Below, piece after piece: positions 28,119 through 37,800 of a DNA stretch of 64,000 nt. Origin of the DNA: an uncultured Oscillospiraceae bacterium (GTDB lineage Bacteria; Bacillota; Clostridia; Oscillospirales; Ruminococcaceae); contig CAKSKG010000006.1 in the NCBI GenBank assembly GCA_934464775.1, positions 5,545-69,544 on the forward strand. The letters run 5' to 3'. Position 1 is the stretch's first letter. Each line of letters begins with the position of its first letter. The notes under the pieces are model-generated. The model had not been told where the DNA came from and made no database searches. It worked only from the letters and a program-made list of their open reading frames with translations. Both the position numbers and the translations under genes were made by a program.

Positions 28119-28847
28119 TTACTTTTCCGAAACTGCATTTCTGAGAGCCCTTACCTCTTCCGTGGAAAGCTCACGCCATGTACCGGGCTTCAGCATACCC
28201 ATTTTAACGGGACCGATAGCGATCCTGCGGAGTCTTGCCACTTCAAGTCCCACAGCCTCGCACATTTTTCTGATCTGGCGGTTCCTGCCCTCCTTGATAA
28301 CGATGAGCATGACCACTCTTCCCTCTTCCTGGGAAAGCACCTCAACGGTGGCAGGGAGAGTTTTTCTTCCGTCGATCTCAACGCCCGTGGAAAGCTTGAT
28401 GATCTGCTCCTCGGTGATCGAGGGGCGCACCGTTACACGGTAGGTCTTTGAGATATGGCGGCTGGGGTGCATTATATCATTGGCAAAATTGCCGTCATTT
28501 GTGAAAAGCAGCATTCCCTCGGAATTTCTGTCAAGACGTCCCACGGGATAAACTCTGTCCTCAACGCCGTTCAGCAGCTCGGTAACGCATTTTCTGTCCA
28601 GCTCGTCGGACATTGTGGTAACATATCCTCTGGGCTTGTTGAGCATGATGTAAAGCTTTTTCTTCTTTTTGGGAATATCTATCCTCTCGCCGTCAAGAGT
28701 GATAACATCTCTTCCGCCTGCCTTGTCGCCCAGCAAAACAACGTGACCGTTCACCTTTACTCTTCCCTGAGAGATAAGCTCCTCCGCCTTTCTGCGTGAG
28801 CATACTCCCGCATCGGACATGATCTTCTGGATCCTAATTTTTTCCAT
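28119..28847 (-). CDS. rluB: 23S rRNA pseudouridine synthase (RsuA/RluB family)
   Basis: S4 domain (RIQKIMSDAGVCSRRKAEELI) and catalytic VYPVGRLDRNSEGMLLFTNDG. Confidence 0.85.
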   Translation of the reverse strand: MEKIRIQKIMSDAGVCSRRKAEELISQGRVKVNGHVVLLGDKAGGRDVITLDGERIDIPKKKKKLYIMLNKPRGYVTTMSDELDRKCVTELLNGVEDRVYPVGRLDRNSEGMLLFTNDGNFANDIMHPSRHISKTYRVTVRPSITEEQIIKLSTGVEIDGRKTLPATVEVLSQEEGRVVMLIVIKEGRNRQIRKMCEAVGLEVARLRRIAIGPVKMGMLKPGTWRELSTEEVRALRNAVSEK

Positions 28848-28876
28848 AAATTTTACCTCATTTCATTGCCGTCTTG

Positions 28877-29045
28877 TTAGAACCTGTCTTCACAAGAAAT
28901 GTGTGCGGATTTTCGAGCATAATTTTGTCTAAGACAAGGCAAAAATCCGCAGGCGGGCTTGCCGCCCGGCAAGGATTTTTAACGCAGTCTTAGGCAAAAT
29001 TTGCCGAAAAGACGTGCGCATACGCTTGTGAAGACAGGTTCTTAA
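28877..29045 (+). repeat. long imperfect-palindrome element, copy A (MITE-like or structured-RNA repeat)
   Basis: 17-bp perfect terminal inverted repeat (28880..28896 with 29025..29041). Nested helices continue up to an apical CGGGC/GCCCG stem. Homologous to 43738..43917. The 4 G-U pairs are valid only on the plus strand. Confidence 0.7.
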
Positions 29046-29112
29046 AGCCGGACTGCCGCCTCACGGCGGGATTTTTATATCACAGACCGTCAGAAAACCG
29101 CCGATCTGTTTT

Positions 29113-30270
29113 TCACATACTGTTTGCCGTCTCAAAAAAATCCTTTATTTTATCAATAAGCTTTTCAAAAAAGGACTTTTCTTCGGTTTCTGTCGGTGCG
29201 GAATAATACTCGGTGCTTTCGGCAGCTTCAAGAGTGCATTCGGCAAATACCCGTCCGTCCGCCGAAAATTCCATTTTTCCGCACACCTGCCCCTCTTCAA
29301 CGGGAGCATACACAAAATTCGGAACGATCACACGGCAGGTTATCTCGGGATTGTATCCGTCCGCCGAGGGATATATCACCTCTTCCGACTGTATGAGCCG
29401 AACCGAATCGGCATATCCGCCCACAACATCGGCTCTTACCTCCCCCATATCCACCGATACGGGACATATCCTTGAATATGCATCATCGTACATATTCATA
29501 TGATCGTTCCAATCGTTTCGGTCATTGAGAGTGACGCACACAAGACGCACTCCGTTCCGCTCACAGGCGGAAACAAGACATCTTCCCGCTTCATCGGTAA
29601 AGCCTGTTTTCACGCCGATACAGCAGCCGTACATATTCAGCAGCTTGTTGGTGTTTTTCAGATATCTGTCATAAGGCGGATTCCCGAAGTGGGTCTTTAT
29701 CGTCGGACTTGCGCATATCTCGGCAAAAACATCGTTTTCAAGTGCCTCCGATGCCAGCAGCGCCATATCATATGCAGTCGAATAATGCTCATCGTCATGC
29801 AGCCCCGAGGGAGTGACAAAATGAGTGTTCCTCATTCCGATAAGCCCTGCTCGGAGATTCATAAGCTCCCCGAACCTTTCAATGCTTCCCGCAACATATA
29901 CAGCCGATGCATTTGCCGCATCATTTCCCGACGGCAGGAGCATTCCCGCACACAGGTCACGTCCCGTAACGATATCTCCCTCCCGAAGCCCCATGGACGA
30001 GCCTTCGGTCTTTATCGCTTCGGAGTCCACGGTAAATTCTTCGTCAAGAGAACCGTTCTCTATAAGCAGCAGCGTTGTCATTATCTTTGTGGTGCTTGCC
30101 ATAGGCAGCTGTTCGTTCATGTTTTTACCGAACAGAACCTCTCCCGTATCGGGCTGATAGACCACCGCCGCCTTTGCGGAAATATCCTCTTCGGAAAGAG
30201 CATACACCCTTACCGACGAAGCCGAGATCACCGCCGCAGCGGCACATATGCAGACTGCAATTTTTTTCAC
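29113..30270 (-). CDS. D-alanyl-D-alanine carboxypeptidase (serine-type, PBP5 family)
   Basis: Signal peptide. SxxK (ASTTK), SGN and KTG motifs are all present. Confidence 0.9.
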   Translation of the reverse strand: MKKIAVCICAAAAVISASSVRVYALSEEDISAKAAVVYQPDTGEVLFGKNMNEQLPMASTTKIMTTLLLIENGSLDEEFTVDSEAIKTEGSSMGLREGDIVTGRDLCAGMLLPSGNDAANASAVYVAGSIERFGELMNLRAGLIGMRNTHFVTPSGLHDDEHYSTAYDMALLASEALENDVFAEICASPTIKTHFGNPPYDRYLKNTNKLLNMYGCCIGVKTGFTDEAGRCLVSACERNGVRLVCVTLNDRNDWNDHMNMYDDAYSRICPVSVDMGEVRADVVGGYADSVRLIQSEEVIYPSADGYNPEITCRVIVPNFVYAPVEEGQVCGKMEFSADGRVFAECTLEAAESTEYYSAPTETEEKSFFEKLIDKIKDFFETANSM

Positions 30271-30333
30271 CTTAACACACCGCCCATAAAAATTATTATC
30301 TAATAATTTTTATGATGTATGTCCGTGAAAATA

Positions 30334-30747
30334 TTACTCGGCATTCTTGGCGTCGCCTGCGGCTTCAATGCCGTCGGCAGCGCTCTTGCTGTCTTTCTTA
30401 AAGAGTGACTGAACCTTTGAGAATACCTCGGGTATCATATTAACAACGGCGGAAGATGTCGATGTATCAAGATTGATCTGGAGGAATCTTACATCGCCGT
30501 CGGAGATAACGAGAAATCCAAGAGGCTGGATAGTAACGCCTGCGCCCGAACCGCCGCCGAAGCATTCCTTGTCGGTCTTTGTGGGGAGATCCGTTCCGCC
30601 GCCTGCAAAGCCGTAGGATATTTTTGAAACAGGGATTATCGTTGCGCCGTCAACCGTTACGGGATTGCCCATTACGGTATCCGCATCGGTCATTTCATGT
30701 ATCTTGCTCATTGATTCGGAAATAAGTGCCTGTACCTTTGTATCCAT
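30334..30747 (-). CDS. ytfJ: sporulation protein YtfJ (GerW family)
   Basis: 137 aa. GNPVTVDGATIIPVSKISYGFAGGG...GGGSGAGVTIQPLGFLVI. Confidence 0.85.
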   Translation of the reverse strand: MDTKVQALISESMSKIHEMTDADTVMGNPVTVDGATIIPVSKISYGFAGGGTDLPTKTDKECFGGGSGAGVTIQPLGFLVISDGDVRFLQINLDTSTSSAVVNMIPEVFSKVQSLFKKDSKSAADGIEAAGDAKNAE

Positions 30748-30749
30748 GA

Positions 30750-31583
30750 TTAAACGTCCTTTCGTTTTTCGTTTTCGGCAGCGGATTTTTCATCATCGTC
30801 ACCGAAATATTTTTTTAGGTCATTTATATTTATAAGCAGCCTGAACGCTCCGACAAGCACATTTCCTATGAATACCGCAGGGCGGATATTCACCCTTGCG
30901 CTCACATTATATTTTGGCTTGCCCTCGTCAAAGCTGCAATTTATATTCACTTTTTTCACCGTAAGCTTCACAAACCGCTGACCGAAGCCGATGATATTCC
31001 ACACCGCCGCATTCAGCTTTCCGTAAAGCAGCGCCGCTTCGCAGGCGTCCTCCCCCGCAGCGGTGATATCGGCGCAAAGCCCGTCAATGCGGATATCTTT
31101 AAGTATCTTCATGACGTACTTTCCCGCAAGCTTCCACAGCAGCTTCACAAGCTCCAGCTTTTCCTTTATCTCATCAATGATATCGGAGACTTTTTTCCTG
31201 TCCTCGGAAACAGACTGCTTCTTTTTGGGAGGTTTGTCAATATACTCGATGTCTATACCGTCAAATTTGGGCTTTTCGGGATCATCGCTTTTTTCTTCCG
31301 CTTTTTCCTCGGAAATAAACTGCGGTTCGGACTTTTCTTTTGGCTCGTCCAAAGCTTTTATATCGGAGCTTCCGTCTGATATTTTCTTCTTTCTGCCCGA
31401 CTTCTTCCTGCGCTTTTTGCGCTTTTTTTCGGGCTTTTCCTTTTTCGGATAAAAGGTGAACATCAGAAATTTCACTCTGACATCAAACCTGCCCTCCGCA
31501 TAAGTGATATAGGCATTCAGCGGAAAATACAGTATCAGCACGATAAGCGCAATGATACCGACAATTATCAACAGTGCCGTCAT
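30750..31583 (-). CDS. DUF2953-family (YtfI-like) membrane protein with a Lys/Glu-rich insert
   Basis: N-terminal TM followed by YITYAEGRFDVRVKFLMFTFYP. Lies adjacent to and upstream of ytfJ, as in Bacillus ytfI-ytfJ. Confidence 0.6.
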   Translation of the reverse strand: MTALLIIVGIIALIVLILYFPLNAYITYAEGRFDVRVKFLMFTFYPKKEKPEKKRKKRRKKSGRKKKISDGSSDIKALDEPKEKSEPQFISEEKAEEKSDDPEKPKFDGIDIEYIDKPPKKKQSVSEDRKKVSDIIDEIKEKLELVKLLWKLAGKYVMKILKDIRIDGLCADITAAGEDACEAALLYGKLNAAVWNIIGFGQRFVKLTVKKVNINCSFDEGKPKYNVSARVNIRPAVFIGNVLVGAFRLLININDLKKYFGDDDEKSAAENEKRKDV

Positions 31584-32153
31584 TTATTCATCTTCCTTGT
31601 CGGACTCATCGTCTGTCAGCAGCTCGGAGAAGCTCATCTGCTGCTGATTGGGCAGCTCGGGCAGATCGTCCAGCGATTCCAGCTGAAAGCACCTGAGAAA
31701 AACAGGCGTGGTCTTGTATGCGATAGGCTTGCCCGGAACGTCCAGTCTGCCTGCCTCCTCCAGCAGATTTTTCTCCACAAGGGAATTTACAACGCTGGAG
31801 CTGTCAACGCCTCTTACGTGCTCAACAAAGGATTTTGTGACAGGCTGATTATACGCCACGATAGTCAGCACCTCCATTGCCGCCTGAGACAGAGGAGTGT
31901 TCTTTTTCGTCTCCATGGCAGTGCGCACGTAGCCGATATAATCGGACTTGACGCAAAGCTGCCAGCTGTCCCCCAGCTTCATCACCGCAAGGGAGCTTTC
32001 CGCTTCCTCGTAGCGGTCGTTCAGCAGCTGAACGATCTTATCTATCCTTTCCGCTTCGATGCCCGTTGAAGCGATAAGTCTTTCACGCTCCACAGGCTCG
32101 CCGCAGGCAAAAAGCACCGCTTCCACGGCAGAAATGCTTTCGTTAAGTTTCAT
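31584..32153 (-). CDS. scpB: segregation and condensation protein B
   Basis: 189 aa. VEAVLFACGEPV...LSQAAMEVLTIVAYNQPVT...GRLDVPGKPIAYKTT. Confidence 0.9.
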   Translation of the reverse strand: MKLNESISAVEAVLFACGEPVERERLIASTGIEAERIDKIVQLLNDRYEEAESSLAVMKLGDSWQLCVKSDYIGYVRTAMETKKNTPLSQAAMEVLTIVAYNQPVTKSFVEHVRGVDSSSVVNSLVEKNLLEEAGRLDVPGKPIAYKTTPVFLRCFQLESLDDLPELPNQQQMSFSELLTDDESDKEDE

Positions 32154-32940
32154 TGTTCATTTCCTCGCTATCATCGGCGTCAGGTTTATCCTCGTTATCG
32201 AAATCCGACTGTATATTGTCATTATCGTCTGCCGAATATTCGCTGTTGAAGGTCACCTCGGTATTATCGTCATTGAGCATGATACGTCCCGATTTTGTAA
32301 GCTCCAGTATCGCAAGAAACGTCGCCACACGCTCCGAACGGTTCACAACACCCTCAAAGATGCCCTCCAATGAGCATTTTCCGCTCTGATAAAGCTTTTT
32401 CAGAACATAAACTATCCTTGCGGTAACAGGCACGAACTTCTGCGCCACGATTTTAGTGAAAGCCGCCGTAGTGACAGGCTCTTCCTTCAGCTTTTTCAGG
32501 TCGATGCCCAGATAAGCGTCACGGAGCACCTCGGGATCGTGTATCACGGCATAGGTGGTATCAAACTTTATTTTAAGAGGCTTGCGGACAGTGATGCTGT
32601 CCCCCGTATATTTTTCACGGAGCGCCTCTGCTGCAAGCTTGCACACCGAATATTCGATAAGTCTGCCCGTAAGCTCACGCTTCAGCTCTTCCGCTTCCTC
32701 ATACTTCGGCAGCAGTGAAACTGTCTTGATATAAATGAGCCGTGCTGCCATTTCGAGAAATTCTCCCGCTATCTCCATATCCATTCGCGCCAAGCGGTCG
32801 ATATAGTCCAGATACTGATCCACAAGCTCGCTTATGGGGATATCGTTGATGTTCAGCTTATGCTTTGAGATAAGGTGCAGCAGCAGGTCGAGAGGTCCCT
32901 CAAAGACCTCGATTTTAAAAGATAACTGTTCCATCTGCAC
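32143..32940 (-). CDS. scpA: segregation and condensation protein A
   Basis: 265 aa. FEGPLDLLLHLISKHKLNINDIPISELVDQYL. Overlaps scpB by 11 nt. Confidence 0.9.
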   Translation of the reverse strand: MQMEQLSFKIEVFEGPLDLLLHLISKHKLNINDIPISELVDQYLDYIDRLARMDMEIAGEFLEMAARLIYIKTVSLLPKYEEAEELKRELTGRLIEYSVCKLAAEALREKYTGDSITVRKPLKIKFDTTYAVIHDPEVLRDAYLGIDLKKLKEEPVTTAAFTKIVAQKFVPVTARIVYVLKKLYQSGKCSLEGIFEGVVNRSERVATFLAILELTKSGRIMLNDDNTEVTFNSEYSADDNDNIQSDFDNEDKPDADDSEEMNNET

Positions 32941-32946
32941 CGCCCG

Positions 32947-33621
32947 TCAGAACAAGATCAATTTCATAAGATGATCTACCCAGCCCGTCAGGAACCACAT
33001 AACATCAAGTCCGATATCCTGGAGCCACGAAAGGGGCTTATCAAGCAGTCCCGAATAAAGCAGCACCGCAAGACCGACAAAAACATACTTTTCATATTTC
33101 ATGACCTTGAAGTAGGTCTTTTCGGACATGAAAAGATTGAATATCCTTGAGCCGTCCAGCGGAGGTATCGGCAGCAGATTGAATATTGCAAGGCTGAGAT
33201 TCAGCGTAACAACAAGAGCAAATACATTCATAGCCACAGTCGGATATGAGCCGTTGGCAAGTCCCACAAAAAACAGCACTCTGTAAATTATCATTGCAAT
33301 AAAGGACATTATCAGATTGGAAACGGGACCAGCTATGGCAGTAAGTGCCATGCCGTTTTTTGGATTTTTGAAATTATTCGGGTTCACGGGAACGGGATTT
33401 GCCCAGCCGAAGCCCACGAATATCATACAAAGCGTACCGAAAAGGTCAAGATGCTTAAAAGGATTAAGGGTTATACGTCCCGCATTGCGTGCGGTGGGAT
33501 CGCCAAGCTTTTCAGCCACCCATGCATGAGCGCACTCATGAACGGGAAAAGCCGTCAGCAGCACGATAACATGAACAAGTATCTCAAAAAGGCGTGTGTT
33601 TTCATATATATAATCAAGCAT
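32947..33621 (-). CDS. site-2 protease family (peptidase M50) membrane metalloprotease
   Basis: HECAHAW zinc motif, multi-TM, LLPIPPLDG. The start is uncertain: ATG at 33621 or GTG at 33672, neither with a good RBS. Confidence 0.75.
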   Translation of the reverse strand: MLDYIYENTRLFEILVHVIVLLTAFPVHECAHAWVAEKLGDPTARNAGRITLNPFKHLDLFGTLCMIFVGFGWANPVPVNPNNFKNPKNGMALTAIAGPVSNLIMSFIAMIIYRVLFFVGLANGSYPTVAMNVFALVVTLNLSLAIFNLLPIPPLDGSRIFNLFMSEKTYFKVMKYEKYVFVGLAVLLYSGLLDKPLSWLQDIGLDVMWFLTGWVDHLMKLILF

Positions 33622-33805
33622 ATAATATAGTATGTATCCCCGTGAACGGAGACACTCTCCTTTCCGACGCACCGAAAGTCATTACGAACACTGATTATAG
33701 AACATTATACTATATATTTTCAACAAATTCAATAGGCAAAATACCGTTTTTTTGCCCTATTATGAAACAAATTGTGAATATTTTAAATATTTTTCCTCAA
33801 ACCTC

Positions 33806-33834
33806 TTGCAATTCACAGAAAGACGTGATATTAT
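33806..33834 (+). promoter_or_regulatory. promoter for rpmB (extended -10)
   Basis: TTGCAA (33806..33811), 17-nt spacer, TG-n-TATTAT (33826..33834). Confidence 0.45.
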
Positions 33835-33871
33835 ATTATCGTTATGTTTTATGCAGAAGGAGGTGCACACC

Positions 33872-34060
33872 ATGGCAAAGTGCGAAATTTGCGGAAAGGG
33901 TGTTACTTTCGGTATCAAGGTTTCCCATTCACATCACCGTTCCAACAGAACATGGAAGCCCAATGTTAAGCGTGTAAAGGCTATTGTAAACGGAACTCCC
34001 AAGCACATCTATGTATGCTCAAGATGTCTCCGTTCCGGAAAGGTTACAAGAGCTGTCTGA
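33872..34060 (+). CDS. rpmB: 50S ribosomal protein L28
   Basis: ATG at 33872 follows AGGAGG. MAKCEICGKGVTFGIKVSHSHHRSNRTWKPNVKRV. Confidence 0.95.
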   Translation: MAKCEICGKGVTFGIKVSHSHHRSNRTWKPNVKRVKAIVNGTPKHIYVCSRCLRSGKVTRAV

Positions 34061-34100
34061 TTAACAGATAAAACCGAATTGTACGTACAATAAGAGAGAC

Positions 34101-34138
34101 GCGGTACTTTTAAGCAATTGAAGTACAGCGCCTTTTTT
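34101..34138 (+). terminator. intrinsic terminator of rpmB
   Basis: GCGGTACTT pairs with AAGTAC(AG)CGC, followed by T6. Confidence 0.6.
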
Positions 34139-34169
34139 ATTTTATCCAAATAAAATAATTGATCCGATA

Positions 34170-34209
34170 TAAAAATGACCCTCTGCACGCAAAATATGCA
34201 GAGGGTCAT
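34170..34209 (-). terminator. intrinsic terminator of the GNAT gene
   Basis: A 13-bp perfect stem (ATGACCCTCTGCA with TGCAGAGGGTCAT), followed by a T-run on the minus strand. Confidence 0.8.
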
Positions 34210-34213
34210 TGCT

Positions 34214-34687
34214 TTATTCCTTGAAGAACAGCTTCATTGCCATATAAATGGACTTATCCTCGGTGAAGCCCGATTTCTTGTAGAGCGGATAGCCGCATTT
34301 TGTGGAGCGCAGCTCGATGTATGAAAGATCCCAGCGCTTTCCGTCCTCAACAGCCATGCGCACAAGAGTTTCGGCAACTCCGCGGCGGCGGTATTCGGGC
34401 AGAGTGAATACATTCATAAGAGTGCCCGTCTTGCCTGTTACAAACAGCGGACTTGCAGGCTTGTTTATCAGCACCAGAAATACACAGCCTGCCGCCTTGT
34501 CTCCGTCCTCCGCAAGATAAACCACAACATCACGGTTAAGATGCTCCTGAAAATATCCGGGTATCTGCGCCCTGATAAGCTCCTCCGTCTCTTTCTCCAT
34601 TTCGGGGTGAGTCTCATATAAATAGCCCATTCTTAGTCCCAGTATCTTCTCCATATCGGAGGGCTGGGCTTTTCTGTATGTAATCAT
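34214..34687 (-). CDS. GNAT-family N-acetyltransferase
   Basis: 157 aa. The acetyl-CoA motif RRRGVAETL lies in the expected position. Confidence 0.8.
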   Translation of the reverse strand: MITYRKAQPSDMEKILGLRMGYLYETHPEMEKETEELIRAQIPGYFQEHLNRDVVVYLAEDGDKAAGCVFLVLINKPASPLFVTGKTGTLMNVFTLPEYRRRGVAETLVRMAVEDGKRWDLSYIELRSTKCGYPLYKKSGFTEDKSIYMAMKLFFKE

Positions 34688-34791
34688 AAAGATATCACTT
34701 TCCTTAATATTTGATCTATCCTATAAATAATACCACTCCGCTCCCCCTTTGTCAATATGATTTGTTGCCGAAACATTTTTTACGCAAAGGA

Positions 34792-34820
34792 TTGAAATTA
34801 TGCAAAAAATATGCTATAAT
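34792..34820 (+). promoter_or_regulatory. promoter for the SNF2 helicase gene (extended -10)
   Basis: TTGAAA (34792..34797), 17-nt spacer, TG-c-TATAAT (34812..34820). Confidence 0.5.
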
Positions 34821-34858
34821 AATTTATTATCCTAAAATTGTGTTTTCGGAGGCGGCGT

Positions 34859-37800
34859 ATGCTCGATAAAAACAAAATCAAATCCTACGCTTGGAGCAGC
34901 GATACCTATTTTAACGGCAACGATGATTTCTATAATCAGTATGCCGAGATCGAGGATATCACTGTGGATACCGACGGCGATACAAACATTTCCGCCCGTG
35001 TAAGCAGCGAGAACGGAAATATCTATGAATGTGATGTCACGCTCAAAGGCGAAAACAATGATTCCGTGATATTTGCAGCCTGCAGCTGCCCTGCAAAGTG
35101 CGACAAATATGGCTACTGCCGTCATGTTGTGGCGGCGCTTCTCCAGTATACCTCACTCGGCACCCGCAATATCATGAGCCGCAAAAAGCGTCTCAGCTCC
35201 CCTATGGTCAACTCGCTTATCTATGAATACAACAAGCTTGCGGAATCCGAACCCGAATATATCTCCCCGCAGGATAAGGTCACGATACAGCCCTGCATCG
35301 ACGTTTATGCAGACGGTCTGACCCTTTCACTGAAAATAGGCAGACAGAAAATGTATGTGGTGAAAAACATCCCACAGCTTATAGAGGACGTTGAAAACAA
35401 TACCGTCCGTGCTTACGGAAAGGGTCTTGAAATACGTCACAGCCGCGAGATACTCACCGAGGAGAGCCGCAGTCTTCTTGATTTTGTTGCAAATATCATA
35501 AATATAAGCAGCTCGTCCCGTTCATATTATTACAGCTACGCCGACCGAAGCAAATACGTTACTCTCCGGGACAATCTCATCGAAAAATTTTTCAGGATGC
35601 TGCCCGATAATCAGATAATTGCCGACGGCAGACAATGCCGCATATGCTATGACGATCCCGATGTAACCATGCGCCTTGAAAAATCCGACGGCGGAATTTA
35701 TACCCTGACCGCCATTTCCGCCATGCAGATAATCGGCAAGGGCAGACGTGCCTGCTTCTATGACGATTACCACGGGGTATTCTATCTCTGCTCGCCGAAA
35801 TTCAGCACAGCAGTGAGCGGACTTTTCCGTGCCATGCAGAAATCGGGAATGGAGCTGGATATCACCGAAAACGATATGCAGGCATTTTACACCTCGGTAA
35901 TCGTCCCCGTGAAAAAATATATCCACATTGAGGGTGACGGCGAGCTGGAAAAATATATTCCTCCCGAAGCGGAGATACGGCTTTATCTGGACTCCCCCTC
36001 TCCGTCCGAGGTGTGCGGACGCTTGGAATTCACCTACGGCAGCAGCACATTTTCCGCATTCGGCGACAAATCGAAAAATCCCGTCTGCGATATCCGCACC
36101 GAGAATATGGCGGAGCGTGCCGTCTTAAAATATTTTACCCTTAACGAAAACGACGATCACCACCCGCTTATTGCTGCAGGCGATGACAGCATTTACAGAC
36201 TTTTCTCCGAGGGCGTTCCCGACCTCACCAATATAATGGAGGTATACGCCAGCGAGCGCTTCAATAATATGTCGATCCGTCCACCTGTCCGCCCCACAGT
36301 GGGAGTTCGCCCCAAAAGCGGACTGCTGGCGCTGGATATCGACACAGACGGCTACACCGTAAAGGAGCTGGCACAGATGCTTGCCTCCTATCGCCGCGGA
36401 ATGAAATATCACCGTCTCCGTGACGGCTCCTTTGTGAGCCTTACCCAGAGCGGCATCGAGGATTTTGCCGAGCTGGCGGACGGACTCAACATCACCGACA
36501 AGGCTCTGCTGAAAGAAAATATCACCGTCCCACGCTACCGTATGCTGTATCTTGACAGCTTGCAGGAGCGCAGCGGCGGAATGCGCCTTAAAAGAAGCTC
36601 CGATTTCAGAAATGCCGTCCGTGCATTTTCCGATATTTCTTCGGCGGAATATGACATTCCCTCCGATCTTGACGGCGAAATGCGAGAATATCAGGTCTAT
36701 GGCTTCAAATGGCTGAAAACAATTTCCGCCTACGGCTTCGGCGGCATTCTTGCGGACGATATGGGTCTGGGAAAAACTATCCAGTCTATCGCACTGATGC
36801 TTTCCGCCCGTGAGGAAAACAGGCAAAAGGGCGTTCACGGAACATTTCTCGTTGTATGCCCATCATCGCTTACGCTGAACTGGGAAAGCGAGCTTCACCG
36901 CTTCGCACCTACTCTGAAAGCGTCGGTGATAATCGGCACCGCTCCCGTCCGTGCCCGGAAAATATCCGAATATGCGGAATACGATGTGCTTATAACCTCC
37001 TATTCCATGCTTACAAGAGATATCGCCGAATACGAGGACAAGGAATTTCAGATACAGTTCATCGACGAGGCGCAGTTCATCAAGAACCACAACACCCAGG
37101 CTTCAAAGGCTGTCAAGGGAATAAAAAGCAGCATTCGCTTTGCCCTTACGGGTACTCCCGTGGAAAACAGCCTTGCGGAGCTTTGGAGCATATACGATTT
37201 CATAATGCCCGATTATCTTTTCGGCTACACCCACTTCAAGCAGACCTATGAAACGCCTATCGTAAAAAATGCCGATCAGCACGCCGTTGAGGCACTCAGA
37301 AAAATAACCTCGCCGTTTATTTTAAGGCGTCTGAAAAAGGACGTCCTCACCGAGCTGCCCGACAAGACCGAAATAACCCTTACCTCGGAAATGACCGAGG
37401 AACAGCAGAAAATATACGCCGCAAACGTGCTTTCCATGAAAAAGCGCCTGAAAGAAAAATTCCTTGCGGCAAATCCCAACGAGGGAAAGATCGAGATACT
37501 TGCGATGCTGACCCGTCTGCGGCAGATATGCTGCGACCCGTCGCTGGTTTATGAAAATTACACCTCGGGCAGCGCAAAGCTGGAGCAGTGCATGGATCTG
37601 ATAGAAAGCTGCGTCACATCGGGACATAAGGTGCTGCTGTTCTCCCAGTTCACGTCCATGCTGGATATAATCGAGCGCCGTCTGAAGCGTGAGGGCATCG
37701 GATATTATATCCTTACGGGCGCAACCAAGGCGGACGAACGCCTGCGGCTGGTAAACAGCTTCAACAAGGACGATACCCCCGTGTTCATGATCTCGCTGAA

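Noticed and set aside
33725-33755. The hairpin AATAGGCAAAATACCG-TTTTTTTGCCCTATT in the divergent M50 protease / rpmB promoter region as a terminator or operator.
   Set aside because: The stem is imperfect and no gene ends here on either strand. The evidence is insufficient to call a regulatory site.
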